Shown: one piece after another, positions 15,339 to 40,833 of the stretch
Position numbering within the stretch: the stretch's first letter is position 1
How the letters are laid out: every line of letters begins with the position of its first letter
Assembly (NCBI GenBank): GCA_963693365.1
Contig: CAVNZM010000009.1
Span: 5,586,245-5,650,244 of the forward strand
DNA length: 64,000 bases
Direction: 5' to 3'
Origin: Amoebidium appalachense
Taxonomy: Eukaryota; Protista; Ichthyosporea
Position numbers and translations under genes: made by a program
The notes under the pieces: generated by a model
Told to the model about the DNA's origin: nothing
What the model saw: the letters and a program-made list of their open reading frames with translations, nothing else
Database searches by the model: none

Positions 15339-15412
15339 CCACTTTTTGCGGGGCTCGATCCTCAGACCTCAGACTTGACAGTCCGGGATCTTACCACTAC
15401 ACCAACCCGCCC
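15339..15412 (-). pseudogene. tRNA-derived relic or SINE head (Asp-like, GTC)
   Basis: Minus strand GGCGGGTTGGTGTAGTGGTAAGATCCCGGACTGTCAAGTCTGAGGTCTGAGGATCGAGCCCCGC: A-box-like TGGTGTAGTGG, CTGTCAA loop, B-box-like GGATCGAGCCC, followed by TTTTT. Acceptor and anticodon stems pair poorly. Confidence 0.5.
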
Positions 15413-16214
15413 CCCTATAAGAACACGGCAGATGCCTTCTCAAAATGCATCTTACCCCATCCTATGGGATCTTAAGGCGGATGGTTTCTGTGTACGAGAG
15501 CATTGTTTCTGCACCGTGCTCCATCTTTAACCCCTCAGGACCGGATCAATTGATTTTGCCGAGTTCCGGCAAGGCAAGATCGTTATACTAGTTGGCGATT
15601 GAATTTCTAAGGCAACTGAATTACTAAATATGGTTCACTGGAATGATCTGATTGGTTGCAAAATCTTTAGAGTCACAGCTGGGCCACAATACTATTTCTG
15701 GCCGCAGAAAGGCAGTTTAGGGTCGATTTGACTTAGACAGTAGGTTTTGTCCATTAAGAAAAGTTGCAGGAAATGAAAAAAAGCGCGATATTCGTATAGG
15801 AGGTCGGGGAGGTCCAGCGCCATCTTCACCGCCAAAATCGACAAAAACGTCAACTCTCGGTTGACTAGGGCCGCCGACCGCCAATTTTTCCAGTCAATCG
15901 TAAAGTAAAATTGGCGTTTTTGCTTGTTTTGACCACAAATTAAGCGCCGGACACCCCATGTTTTTTATAGAAAAATTGTGTCGCTGTTGAAAGTTTGCAT
16001 TTTATGGGCTTCAAGTGGATTTTTACTATGACCGCCGATCACGCAGATTCCTACTTTTTTTCCAATCCTTTGATTTTGGAGGGAAGCAAAAGATCAAAAT
16101 CTCTACTTAGTCATGGCGAGCTCGTGCATTCGCCAGATGGTTAATATCGGGGGATGCCGCCAGCCAGGGCAAAAATGCGGGGAGTCATCAGGAGGAATGT
16201 GGTCAAGAGATCAA

Positions 16215-16425
16215 AATTTCGGCATAGAAAGATTTGGGCCAAAATCTATGATCGGCCCTTTGGAACGGAGTTAAGACCCGATTCTGCTTTAAAAAAAGGC
16301 CTAAGCTGGGTTGCACTGTGCCATACTGATGCCCACAAGCCGCCAGGATTATGATAAGATTGTGATTGTTTCTCATTATGGATATCAAGGAGGGGTTAGA
16401 GGCCATACAATGCTTATCACAATTT
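16215..16425 (+). repeat. Dispersed repeat, related copy at ~25105-25450
   Basis: GGCATAGAA..TGGGCCAAA.TCTA.GATC...AGTTAAGA and AAGGAGGGGTTAGAG(G/A)CCATACA(A/T)TGCTTAT occur in both places in the same orientation. Confidence 0.7.
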
Positions 16426-16526
16426 TCGCTCAAACAAGATCTGGATTACGATATTTAATGAAGATTGGAGGACACGTGTAATATGCAGGGGGCTGTGTTC
16501 ACAAACACAAGGCCCCGCCAGGCCAC

Positions 16527-17377
16527 TCAGCCATAGACGTCTCTGAGGGCGCTGCCAAGGATGTCCAGGGCCCTGTCGACCTCCTCTGCACTGACGGTCA
16601 GGGGGGGCACAAAGCGCACAGTCTCGTAGACGCTGGCCGTCAGCAGTAGCATGCCCCGCTGCTTGCAGGCCAGAGACAGCTTCTTGGCCTCACCTGCACC
16701 ATGGCGCTGCTCAGCGCCCTGCCAGGCCCACAGGCACACATGCACCTACAGGCAGACAAGCACACAGGCACCCAGGCACCTAGAGGCGACAGGAACACAG
16801 GCGCACACGCACACAGGCACACATGACACGTGCACGCAGGCAGCCGCACCATTGCTGCCTTCCAGCTCCATGCCGACCATCAGGCCGGGCCCTCTTATGT
16901 CCCTGATGCCACCGCGCTGCTGCAGGGCCCTGAGGCCATCTGTCAGCTGCTGCCCCCTGGCCACCGTGTTGGCTAGCAGCTGCTCCTCCTGCAGCCACCA
17001 GTCAGATAACGGCCAAACACAGCCCACCACGTGCATATGGTCCCCATGTTCACTACGTGCACCCGCCACCCCTCCCCTAACATTACGTCATCCCCACTTT
17101 CATGCCATGCACATACCTTGAAGACCTGCAGGGTGGCCAGTGCAGCTGCACATGACACGGCATTGCCGCCATACGTGCCGCCCATGGACCCGGCCGGCTG
17201 CCTGTCCATCAGCTCCTTGCGGCTGGCTATGCAGCTCAGCGGCATGCCCGACGCCAGCCCTGCCCATGCACCGGTTGGCATAAAACAATGTACCCTCCCC
17301 CCCTCCCCCCCCCCCCCCCCCCTTCATCCCCACCCCATCCCGCCGTGCAACCACGGTTGGCATAAAACAATATTACC

Positions 17378-17413
<36 letters not shown>

Positions 17414-19197
17414 GGGCCGTGCAACCCCGGTTAGCATAAAACCAACATACCCCCCACACCCACCCCACCCCCCCGACGTGCAAACTACAGTTGGCATAAG
17501 ACAATATCCCCCCTCCCTCCCCCTCCCCCCTCCCCCCTCCCTCCTCCCCCCTCCACGCCCCAACCCCACCCCCACCCCCCCGGTGCAACCCCCGGTTGGC
17601 ATGCCACAATATACCCCCCACCACCCCCCCTCCCCCACACCACCACCACCCACCCCCATCCCCCCTGCAAACCCCGGTTGGCCCGCCACAATAAACCCTC
17701 CTCCCCCCTACCCTTTGCCATGATCAGGATGTCCGGCAACACGTCTGCGTGCTCGACGGCAAACATCTTGCCTGTGCGGCCAAACCCGCTCTGCACCTCG
17801 TCAGCCACCAGTAGCATGCCGTGCTGCCGGCACAGTGCCTGCAGCCCCTGCAAGTACCCTGCAGCCCAACGTCAGCCCAGCCCAGCATACATATGTACCG
17901 CATGCCAGCAGCAGCCCCAATCCACCAAATAAAATCACTCCCACTGGCCAATACCCACCCCTTTCCTTCCCCTTCTCACTGATACTTCAAAGCGTCTGCC
18001 CCTCTCCACACACCCTTAACCCCCGCACCCCACGTACGTTTTGGGGCCGGCACGTATCCGCCCTCGCCCAGCACAGGCTCCAGCACTATTGCTGCGGTCT
18101 CCTGGGGCGTGGTCTGCTGCTTGAGCAGTAGCTCGGCCTGGCCCAGGCAGTAGTCCACCATGCCGTCCTCTGCCCTAAAGTCAGCACCATGGCCCCTAGC
18201 CCCAAGACCCGGCCCAGCCACGCACCGTCCATGCCTGGGGGCAGCTGGCGGGCATAGGGGAAGGGCACCACAAAGACGCCGGGCATGAGGGGCCCAAAGC
18301 CCCCGCGGTAGATGGTCTTGCTGGTGGTCATGGCCATGGTGCCTGCCCGGCACGTCAGCACCCACATACTCTGCACCGCCCGACCCTGGCCGCGCCCGGC
18401 ACGCACCCATAGTGCGGCCGTGGTATGAGCCCTGCACGACCACGATGTTCTGTCGCCCCGTGGCCTGCCTGGCCAGCTTAACGGCGGCCTCCACCGCCTC
18501 TGCGCCGCTGTTCCAGAAGAAGAACGTGTCCAGGCTGGGCCCGGGCATAACCTGCTGCAGCTCGGGTATGAGCCGCAGCATGGTCTCGTGGAAGAAGATG
18601 TTCACCTGCCCACGCCCTTAGCCCCACCCCCCCCCCCCCCCCCCTGCCCCCCCCCTCCCCGCACCCAACCAAACGCACACACGCCACACGCGCACACCTG
18701 CAGGTGCACCCACCCACACGCACACATGCCACGCGCACACACCTGCAGGTGCACCCACATACACCCATACATGCCACACGCACACACCTGCAGGTGCATG
18801 GCCTTTGCGGCCTGGTCCTGCACGGCCCTGACGACCTTTGGGTGGCAGTGGCCCGTGTTTGTGACGCCTATGCCGGCCGTGAAGTCCAGGTAGCGCGTGC
18901 CGTCCACGCTGGTCACCCAGCTGCCCTGCGCGCTGGCCATCACCTCGTCCGTCAGCCGCCCTATGCCCGTGGCCACCTTCTGCCGCCCCAGCGCCGACAG
19001 CGCTGCCCCCACTGCACACGCCTCTGAGTCAGCACCCGCCCTGCACCTAAATAATCTATAACATATATGAACAAACTTAATAAAAAAAGCGTGGCAATAA
19101 TTTCACAAAAAAAAAACAAACTTTACGTACCCGCATAGTTGCGGCAGGCAGGCAGACGCCTCGCCAGCACCGCCTGTGTAAGCCGTTGTTGCAACAT
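16527..19197 (-). CDS. Class-III PLP aminotransferase (4-aminobutyrate aminotransferase-like) with probable mitochondrial presequence, 9 exons
   Basis: Spliced protein [22 protein letters not shown]...[18 protein letters not shown]...[15 protein letters not shown]...GSYHGRT...[10 protein letters not shown]...[11 protein letters not shown]...[17 protein letters not shown]...[14 protein letters not shown]...[10 protein letters not shown]...[10 protein letters not shown]; all introns GT-AG and frame-consistent. Confidence 0.92.
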
Positions 19198-19330
19198 TGC
19201 TTCACCGCCACCCAGCTATACCCCACACCGCTTGAGTGACACGTATACGTGAAAGTGTGTGCGTGGTCGGTGACACGTAGCCTAGTAGGGCTCCCTTTCG
19301 TAAAAAGTCGTATCGCCTACGTGCGTGTGT
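19198..19330. promoter_or_regulatory. Short bidirectional promoter region (aminotransferase / PSTK)
   Basis: Divergent genes whose ATGs are ~410 bp apart; GTGACACGTA occurs twice (19236, 19270). Confidence 0.5.
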
Positions 19331-19608
19331 GAGTTTGTGAGTCACGGTGGTCGGCTCTCACCTTTGTGGCGGCCACAACTGCGCACTGACGTCATGGCTC
19401 AGCCCTGAGCCGGCCATGGCCTGGGTTGAAAACGGGACGGTGTACCTCGAGGACAAACCCCGGCCATATAAGTGACCGTGCTGGTGTAGCCAGGAGGAGT
19501 CGCGAGGAACACAGGCGGGCCTGAAGGGAGGATGAGGCCTAGACACAGGTGGGTGGACGCCAACCATTGTCGTGTGCGGGTGTAGAGCCCAGGGAGGGAG
19601 GCCGGGCC

Positions 19609-20759
19609 ATGGAGGCTGGCGGCAGCTGCGTGCTTGTGCTGTGCGGCCTGCCGGGGGCCGGCAAGAGCACCCTGGCACGGCAACTGGAGGCCCAGGCACA
19701 CCTGCTGGAGGGCCTGTATGTGCCCCACACAGGTGCGAGACGCGGGGAGGGGTGTGTTGGCTGTGGTGTGCGGGGTGCTGACGGCGCGCAGTGCCCAGCG
19801 TGCACGTGGTGAGCTATGACGACCATGTGGCCACCCCCACCGGCCCGGTGCCGTGGCGCCAGCAGCGTGCAGCCATTTTGCAGCACGTGGCGGGCACACT
19901 GCACACACGCACGTGCGTGCCTGGCCCCCTGAATGCCTGCCCCCCTGTCTGCACGGGCTGATCAGCCATGGGGATGCAGGGACGGTGGGTGTGTGTGCGT
20001 GGTGGACGACAACATGCACTACCGCCGTATGCGCCAACAGTGCTACAGCCTGGCCGCCCAGCGTGCGTGCACCTGCCTGGGTGGTGGGCACGTGGGTTGG
20101 GGGGGTTTGCTGAGGGGCGGCAGCAGGGCACAGCCACTACCTGCTGGTCTATGTGCGCTGTGACGTGGGCCTGGCCGTGGCAAGGGACAGCCTGCGGCCC
20201 AGCCCTGTGGGTGCGGCCACAATCCAGAAGATAGCGACCCAGCTGGAGGCCCCAAGCAGCAACGGGCCACGGGCCGACCACAGTGCCCTGTGCCTGGAGG
20301 CAGCCCTGCCCGTGCAGGAAATCCTGCTGAGGTGCCTGCCTGGGGGGGGGGGGGGGAGGGAAAGAAATGGACTGTTCGGCTGACTGGAAAGGCAGGGTGG
20401 TGGAGGCAGTGAGGGCAGTGTGCAGAGGTGCCCCTCTGGCGCCCAACCCACAGGCCGGGGGCAGTGGCGGGGCAGACAGGCAGGGGCCACTGCACGGGCT
20501 GGACGTGGCCCTGCGGCAGCACGTGGCCAGGCGGCTAGCCGTGGTCAGGGCCAGCCAGCCAACACCAGAACCCAGAGAGGTGGCTGACGTGGCTGCAGCC
20601 CTCAACAGCGTCAGGCTGCGCCTGCTGGCTGAGGCACGACACACAGGCACAGTGCCAAGCAGTGAGCACATAGACACAGCCATGCATAGCGCCCTCACAG
20701 AGGGGGCAAGGCACGTGCACGGGTACCTGCAGGGCAGTGTGCCAGCAGCAAGAACTTGA
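19609..20759 (+). CDS. PSTK: L-seryl-tRNA(Sec) kinase, 5 exons
   Basis: VLVLCGLPGAGKSTLA P-loop; VSYDD; VVDDNMHYRRMRQQCYSLA (cf. PSTK LDDNFYYQSMRYEVYQLA); VRCDVGLAVARDSLRP; LHGLDVALRQHV. GT-AG introns keep frame. Confidence 0.8.
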
Positions 20760-20944
20760 CCCTCGATGGACACTCTCAAATACACACAGCCCAGGTGGCC
20801 GTGGACCCACTAAGTTTATTTGCCATAAAGGGAAACACAGTATATTTGCCATGAATGAAAATATAGCCGACCTGCATGCCCCCCCCGGGCTGCAACCGGC
20901 CACAACCCCCCTGTGTCATTCGAAAAAGTCAACCCCCCTGCCCC

Positions 20945-20975
<31 letters not shown>

Positions 20976-21099
20976 AAAAAAAACGGATGAAAAACAAAAC
21001 AAGAACCAAAAATCAGACCACTCCAGAACTTGCAGTCAGCGGTCAGGCACCCTTGTTCAGCTTCTCCTGCAAAATCCTGCAACCACCAAGTCATTTATT

Positions 21100-21135
<36 letters not shown>

Positions 21136-21152
21136 CCCTCCTTTTGGGCAAC

Positions 21153-22640
21153 CTACTTCTGCTGGGCCGGCAGCTTCATGACCTTGTCGACAAAGTTGGC
21201 CACAAAGGCCTTGTCCCGTGCGCCGCTAAACTGGTCCACTATCTTGCCCTTGTGGTACGCCAGCACCAGCGGGATGGACGACACCTGCACCTTGCTCAGC
21301 ACCGGCCCCCCCCCCCCCCTTCCACCCCTACCTTGTGCTGCTGGGAGAGCACGGGGTTCTGGTCCACGTCCACCTTGGCCAGCAGCACCTCCCCCTGCGT
21401 GGCCTCCACCACCCGCTCGAGGATGGGCCCCAGCAGCCGGCACGGCCCACACCAGCTGTGCCCGGCCAGCCGTCAGCACCAAGCAGGCAGGTGTGTGCAC
21501 CAGGGTGTGTATGTGTGTGTGTGTGTGTGTGTGTCTGTGCTGGTGGGTGGTGGTGGCAGTAGTGTGAAGGCTTGGGGAAACGCAGGAGTGTGTGATTGGT
21601 TGGGCAATTTGGAAGTGGATGGAAGGAGGGGAAGGGCGGGGGACATACTCTGCATAAAAGTCCACTATGACGGGCTTGTCGGCCTGCAACCCTCACCGTC
21701 AGTTGATGTGCCCGGCGCCTAATACAGTATCACATACATAAAAAGGCCTATACAGAACAGCACACATAAACAGGCCTACACACAACAGAATATATAAACA
21801 GGTCAATGAATAGCAGCTTATACAAAAAGGCCTACAGACAACATCATATATAAACAGGGGTGCCAAGGCAAGACACTGAAGTGCAGCAGTGAGGGGTTTC
21901 TGGGGAGTGACAACAACCAAACAGGGGGGGAGGGGGTGGGTGGGTGGGTGGAGGGGGGGCGGCGGCGGCGGCAGCTGGGGGAGGGGGGACTGCGGGCTTA
22001 ACAAAAATACGAAAGAATCATAAGAAGTGTGTGCATGGCCGCAAGGAGCGGAAAGGGGGAGGGAGAGGAACTTGGAATGGGATAGGCTGAGCCGGGCAGG
22101 CTGGCTCTGTGCTGCCTGAGCTAACAGCACTGCCAGGCACGCCCTTGCTGATGGCACCGACTCTACGTTGTACTGTCCTAGCGGTTTCATATATGGAGTT
22201 TGCTTTAAAGCCTTCCGGGCTGTGTATTTTGAAAGCAAAGAAGACCAGGCAGTGTGCGTGTGTGCTATGCGCAAGTGCCTCCCGGCCTGTGCGTGCAGTA
22301 CACTTGCATAGACACAGGATCTCACTCACCCTCTGTCTCCCTGTGTGTGCGTGCGACTGCGAACACACAAAATCTCTCTGTGTGCGTGGCTGCGAACACA
22401 CAAGATCTCTCTGTTTATGTCTGTGGCTGCGTGAGAGCACAAGACACCTGTGCGTGTGGCTGCAAGCCCCCCCCTCTCTCTCTCTCTGTGTGTGTGTGCA
22501 CGCACCTCCAGGACCTGGGCCTTGAACCCCGCCTCGTCCACGTCCACACTGCTCTTGCTCGCCAGCCCGCGCACGGCTGCCACGCCCAACCTGCTGCTGC
22601 TGTGGGCGGCCAGCGTGCTGCGCAGAACCAAAAGAGCCAT
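21153..22640 (-). CDS. TXN2: Mitochondrial-type thioredoxin, 4 exons
   Basis: Arg/Ser/Ala-rich presequence then [23 protein letters not shown]...LAKVDVDQN...VSSIPLVLAYHKGKIVDQFSGA; the D codon of ADWCGPC is split by an intron. Confidence 0.88.
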
Positions 22641-23825
22641 GATGCCTTTGTGTGTGAGAGCAGGTAAAGGGTGTGTCTGGTGTGTGTGTATCTGTGTGGT
22701 CTGACGCAGTGCCGCGTCGACCTTTCTTGACTCTCAGTTCGGCCACGTCATGCCACGCCCCCGATCGCATGATCGTGTGGAGCATTGCGATCGCGATTGC
22801 AAAATAAGAGTCATTTAGGAAATCCCCACGTTGGGAGCATAAGATGGACGAGCGGATCCGGATGATCTGCCCCAGCTCGGCCGGGCCATACACGCCTACC
22901 TACACATGTAAGGGATAAGCCATACACGTCAACCTTTGACCAACCTTCGACCGAATACTATAGTAATGAATTCGACACGAGCGGCTGTGCTCCCACCGTC
23001 TCCCAAAATATATACCGTGTAAACCGAAAATGATCCGTGCAAGTGTGCCCATGTCGGCGGCAGGGGAGGAGGGTTTGCTGTGTAACTTAGTGATTGTTTC
23101 CCGTGCACGTGTGGTTGGATATGTTGCTCAGTGAGCCTCATGCATTCTGGCGGGGAATCATACCGCTCAGCGTTAGCTCATTGTATACGTAGTAGACGGT
23201 GGTGCCCCTACAGGCCTACAGGTCTCAGCCATGCATGGAGCCAGACACCACAATAGCGCGCGTGCGCACACACCCTCCCACCTCACAATTTTTGTTTCAC
23301 CATATGGATCAACTACGTACCAGCCCTCAGCACTAGCACAATTTGTGAGCTGCAGCCCACTCACAAGTTTTTTTGCGCGGCTAACACACACCACGACCAC
23401 CACCACCGGTGTGGGGCTCTTGGTATCGCGTTTCTCTCAAGTCTTCGATGGGCTACTTTGTGGCCAATACCTGTCGATATATGAATTGCAGCGGCACCAT
23501 AGTGGTTTGTATTTCATAACAGCTTTGTACATTATGTATGCTGGTGTTAATGGTTGACATCAGGGGGTCCTATTCTGCATGCAAGATTGAATACATGCAT
23601 GGGCATGTTTTTGCATATCATGGGCTAGAGGACACCTGGGGTGCCTATTTAGGCCGGAGGTAGCGTCCCCACCAGTGCCATGAATTTAATTCCACGGGGA
23701 GATATTTTGGGCCTGGTGTGGCTGCAGACCAGCTGCAGGGGGCCACGTGCCAGCACGTGCACAGGGCACTGACTGGGCAGGCAGACAGACATACGGGCAT
23801 ATTCAGAAGAGGCGTGTGGCTGGGC

Positions 23826-31286
<7,461 letters not shown>

Positions 31287-31915
31287 GCTGTCTTGCCGCC
31301 CACCGGGCCCACGGCACCAGCACGCAGCAGCTACCTCACGCTATGTTGCAGCCTGTGGCACGGCCAGGCACCCAGCAGCCTGTGACCTCTGTCCTTGAAA
31401 ACTCCTCCAAGGGCACACACTGTGTGTTGGCTGCGGCAGCTAAGTGTTGGATAGCTCAAACAGCTGCATGCGCAACGGCAAAGACTGGCAGCAATCCTCC
31501 GAGACACAAAGAGGGGTCCAATGCTGATGGATGACATATTTGCAAACAGTCAAAATCGCTATTTCACTGCAAGCACAGTAAATTGCACCACCATTATTAG
31601 CTAATAATAGTAGCAATATAATACTAATGAGCTTTTGCTGTGGCTTTGCAATAAAGCCCAGTCACCTGGTCATGGCCTAGACCCTAGGGGTAACATTAAC
31701 AAAAAAAACCAGGTAAACGAAAAACCAGGGGTTCGATTTAGGGAGTCATCTAGCCCCGTTCCTGACACACAAAAAAAGCTTTGCCCAGCGAGATCTCGGC
31801 GCACCCAGTCAGCAGTATTCCAGCAACAGGAGAGACATTACATACAGCCGTGCACACAGGCACAGCCACACCAGAACACACACAGGGTACTTGCGCGCAC
31901 AGCAGACACGCAGCC

Positions 31916-38884
<6,969 letters not shown>

Positions 38885-40216
38885 GGCGGCCCAGCCCTAC
38901 AGGCGCAGGCTGTGGGCTGCCGTGTCTGCCGTGTGCTCTGGTCTGCCTGCCCGCGCTATGACTGGCTCCTTGCTGTGTGTATGCACTGTTGACGGTCGCC
39001 GATGGCTGTGTGGAATTGCCAGCATGCACGTGTGTATGCAGCCTACACACACGTGCCGGTCAAGGAAATATAAGCCCCACCGGTATGAATGATGACACAA
39101 CGGCAATACACGTGGGGTCCTCGCCAGCCACAAGGACTCGGTCCTGCCGGCTGCAGGCAAGGTTTACATCCCTACAAGGAGGCCTTGAGGTGTGTTTCTG
39201 TTTGTGTGCACTGCCTAGAGCTGTGTTTTCTGTTTGCGTGCACCGCCTAGAGGTGCGTCCTCTGTTTGTGTGCACCGCCGAATCGGCCAGTTACCTTGGT
39301 TGCGCTCATAGAGGGAGGGATGTTGCTTCGCGATCGGTTGCTCTGGGTTGTGCGTGTAAGCAACACTGCTGGGCTAACATTCGTATGCACCGCTATTAGG
39401 TCTGTACCAAGGCGGCGGGAAGTGATGCTAGCCTTTGTGCCGGCACCTGGCCACAGCCGTGCATGCTTCCCGAGGTTAACCTCAGCCCTAGGCACTGATG
39501 TATAACGCAGGTTTGGCCTGAGGATGCGTGCTGATTCATGCAGCCGCGGGAAGCACGGGGCTGGGGCGGTTTTGGCGCCAATATTCGCCAACAGCCAATC
39601 AAAATGGATGAGCCGGCCCGGGGCGGCAGGCCCCACTTCTACTCACCAAGGCCTCCTAAATAGCGGTACTCACTCTTCACCTGCTTCACACTCGAGAACT
39701 CGAGGGCCTGAACGCTACCCCAGTAAGGCGCCCAGCTTTGCAGTTCCGTAACTTGCGCCTATGCATACGTGGGAGCTTCCCATGCAGGCATAGATGCATT
39801 GTGTGCCTGCTATTTTGTGTTTGTGCCAGTGTGTGTGCACAGGTGTGCTTGAGAATCAATCATGGCGCCGGCGTCCCAAAAACACAAGGTGTGTGCAAGT
39901 GCCACGTCTGTGCACACTCCTTGGGTGATTCAGTGCGTGTAGCAACACACACACACCGACAGCACACGGCTAAGGACAACATTTATAATTGTTCTATTGC
40001 CTTACAACTGTAGGGCCGGCCTGCATAGCAAGGCAACAGGTGCTGGGAGGTTACGGCATGTAGCAGTGCTGTGAGTTCGTGCAAGTGTGCGTGGCTTTAT
40101 TGCCTGCTGATATATCTAACCCTCATTCTTCCAATACACGGCCAAACTATGACTACATAACAGGGTGTGGCGTGTGCCTACGTGCATGTGCCCTTGTCTA
40201 ACTAGGTGCTCTGACT

Positions 40217-40770
40217 CTACAGCTTGCGCTTCTGGATGCTCTGGACCAAGAACATCTTGCTAGTGGCCACGTTAGCAAACTCGTTGACCTGGCGGCAGTA
40301 GTTGGCCATCTGGTTGGTGACCAGCAGCGTGTCCAGACGGCTGGGGGCGGGGACGGGCTTGAACAGGGGGTTGTCCTTGAGGTCGTCATCATTGAGGGGC
40401 TCCTGGCCCATGGCCCGCCTCTTCTCGTTCTCGGCTTGCTGTGGGCCAGTGTCAGACCACACACCACAAGAGAAAACACAAGAACACACATGCAACCCCC
40501 CCTTAAAACACACACACAAGCACATACCCCTTTAGTTTAAAACCCCTCGCATAACCCGATAGGTTAAAAACACACACGCCACAACCCCCGCCCTTCCTCC
40601 CCCTTCCCACACACGCACAGACCCCCCCCCCCCCAACACACACACACAAGCCACACCCGTTCACCCACCACCTGCAAGACCATCCACCCACCAACTTCCA
40701 CAGCCCCCCCTCCCCCCCCCAACACACACACACAAACCCACATCCACCCTCCCCCACCGCCGTCCATACA

Positions 40771-40833
<63 letters not shown>

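Noticed and set aside
15339-15412. Functional tRNA-Asp gene
   Set aside because: Acceptor and anticodon stems do not pair properly and the T-loop is GATCGA rather than TTCGA.
15531-16395. Complete piggyBac element
   Set aside because: Only 6 bp of inverted match, the right flank is TTAG not TTAA, and homology to the second copy continues past the supposed end.
21153-22640. Thioredoxin as a selenoprotein because it neighbours PSTK
   Set aside because: The active site is encoded TGG TGT GGG CCG TGC (WCGPC) with no in-frame UGA.
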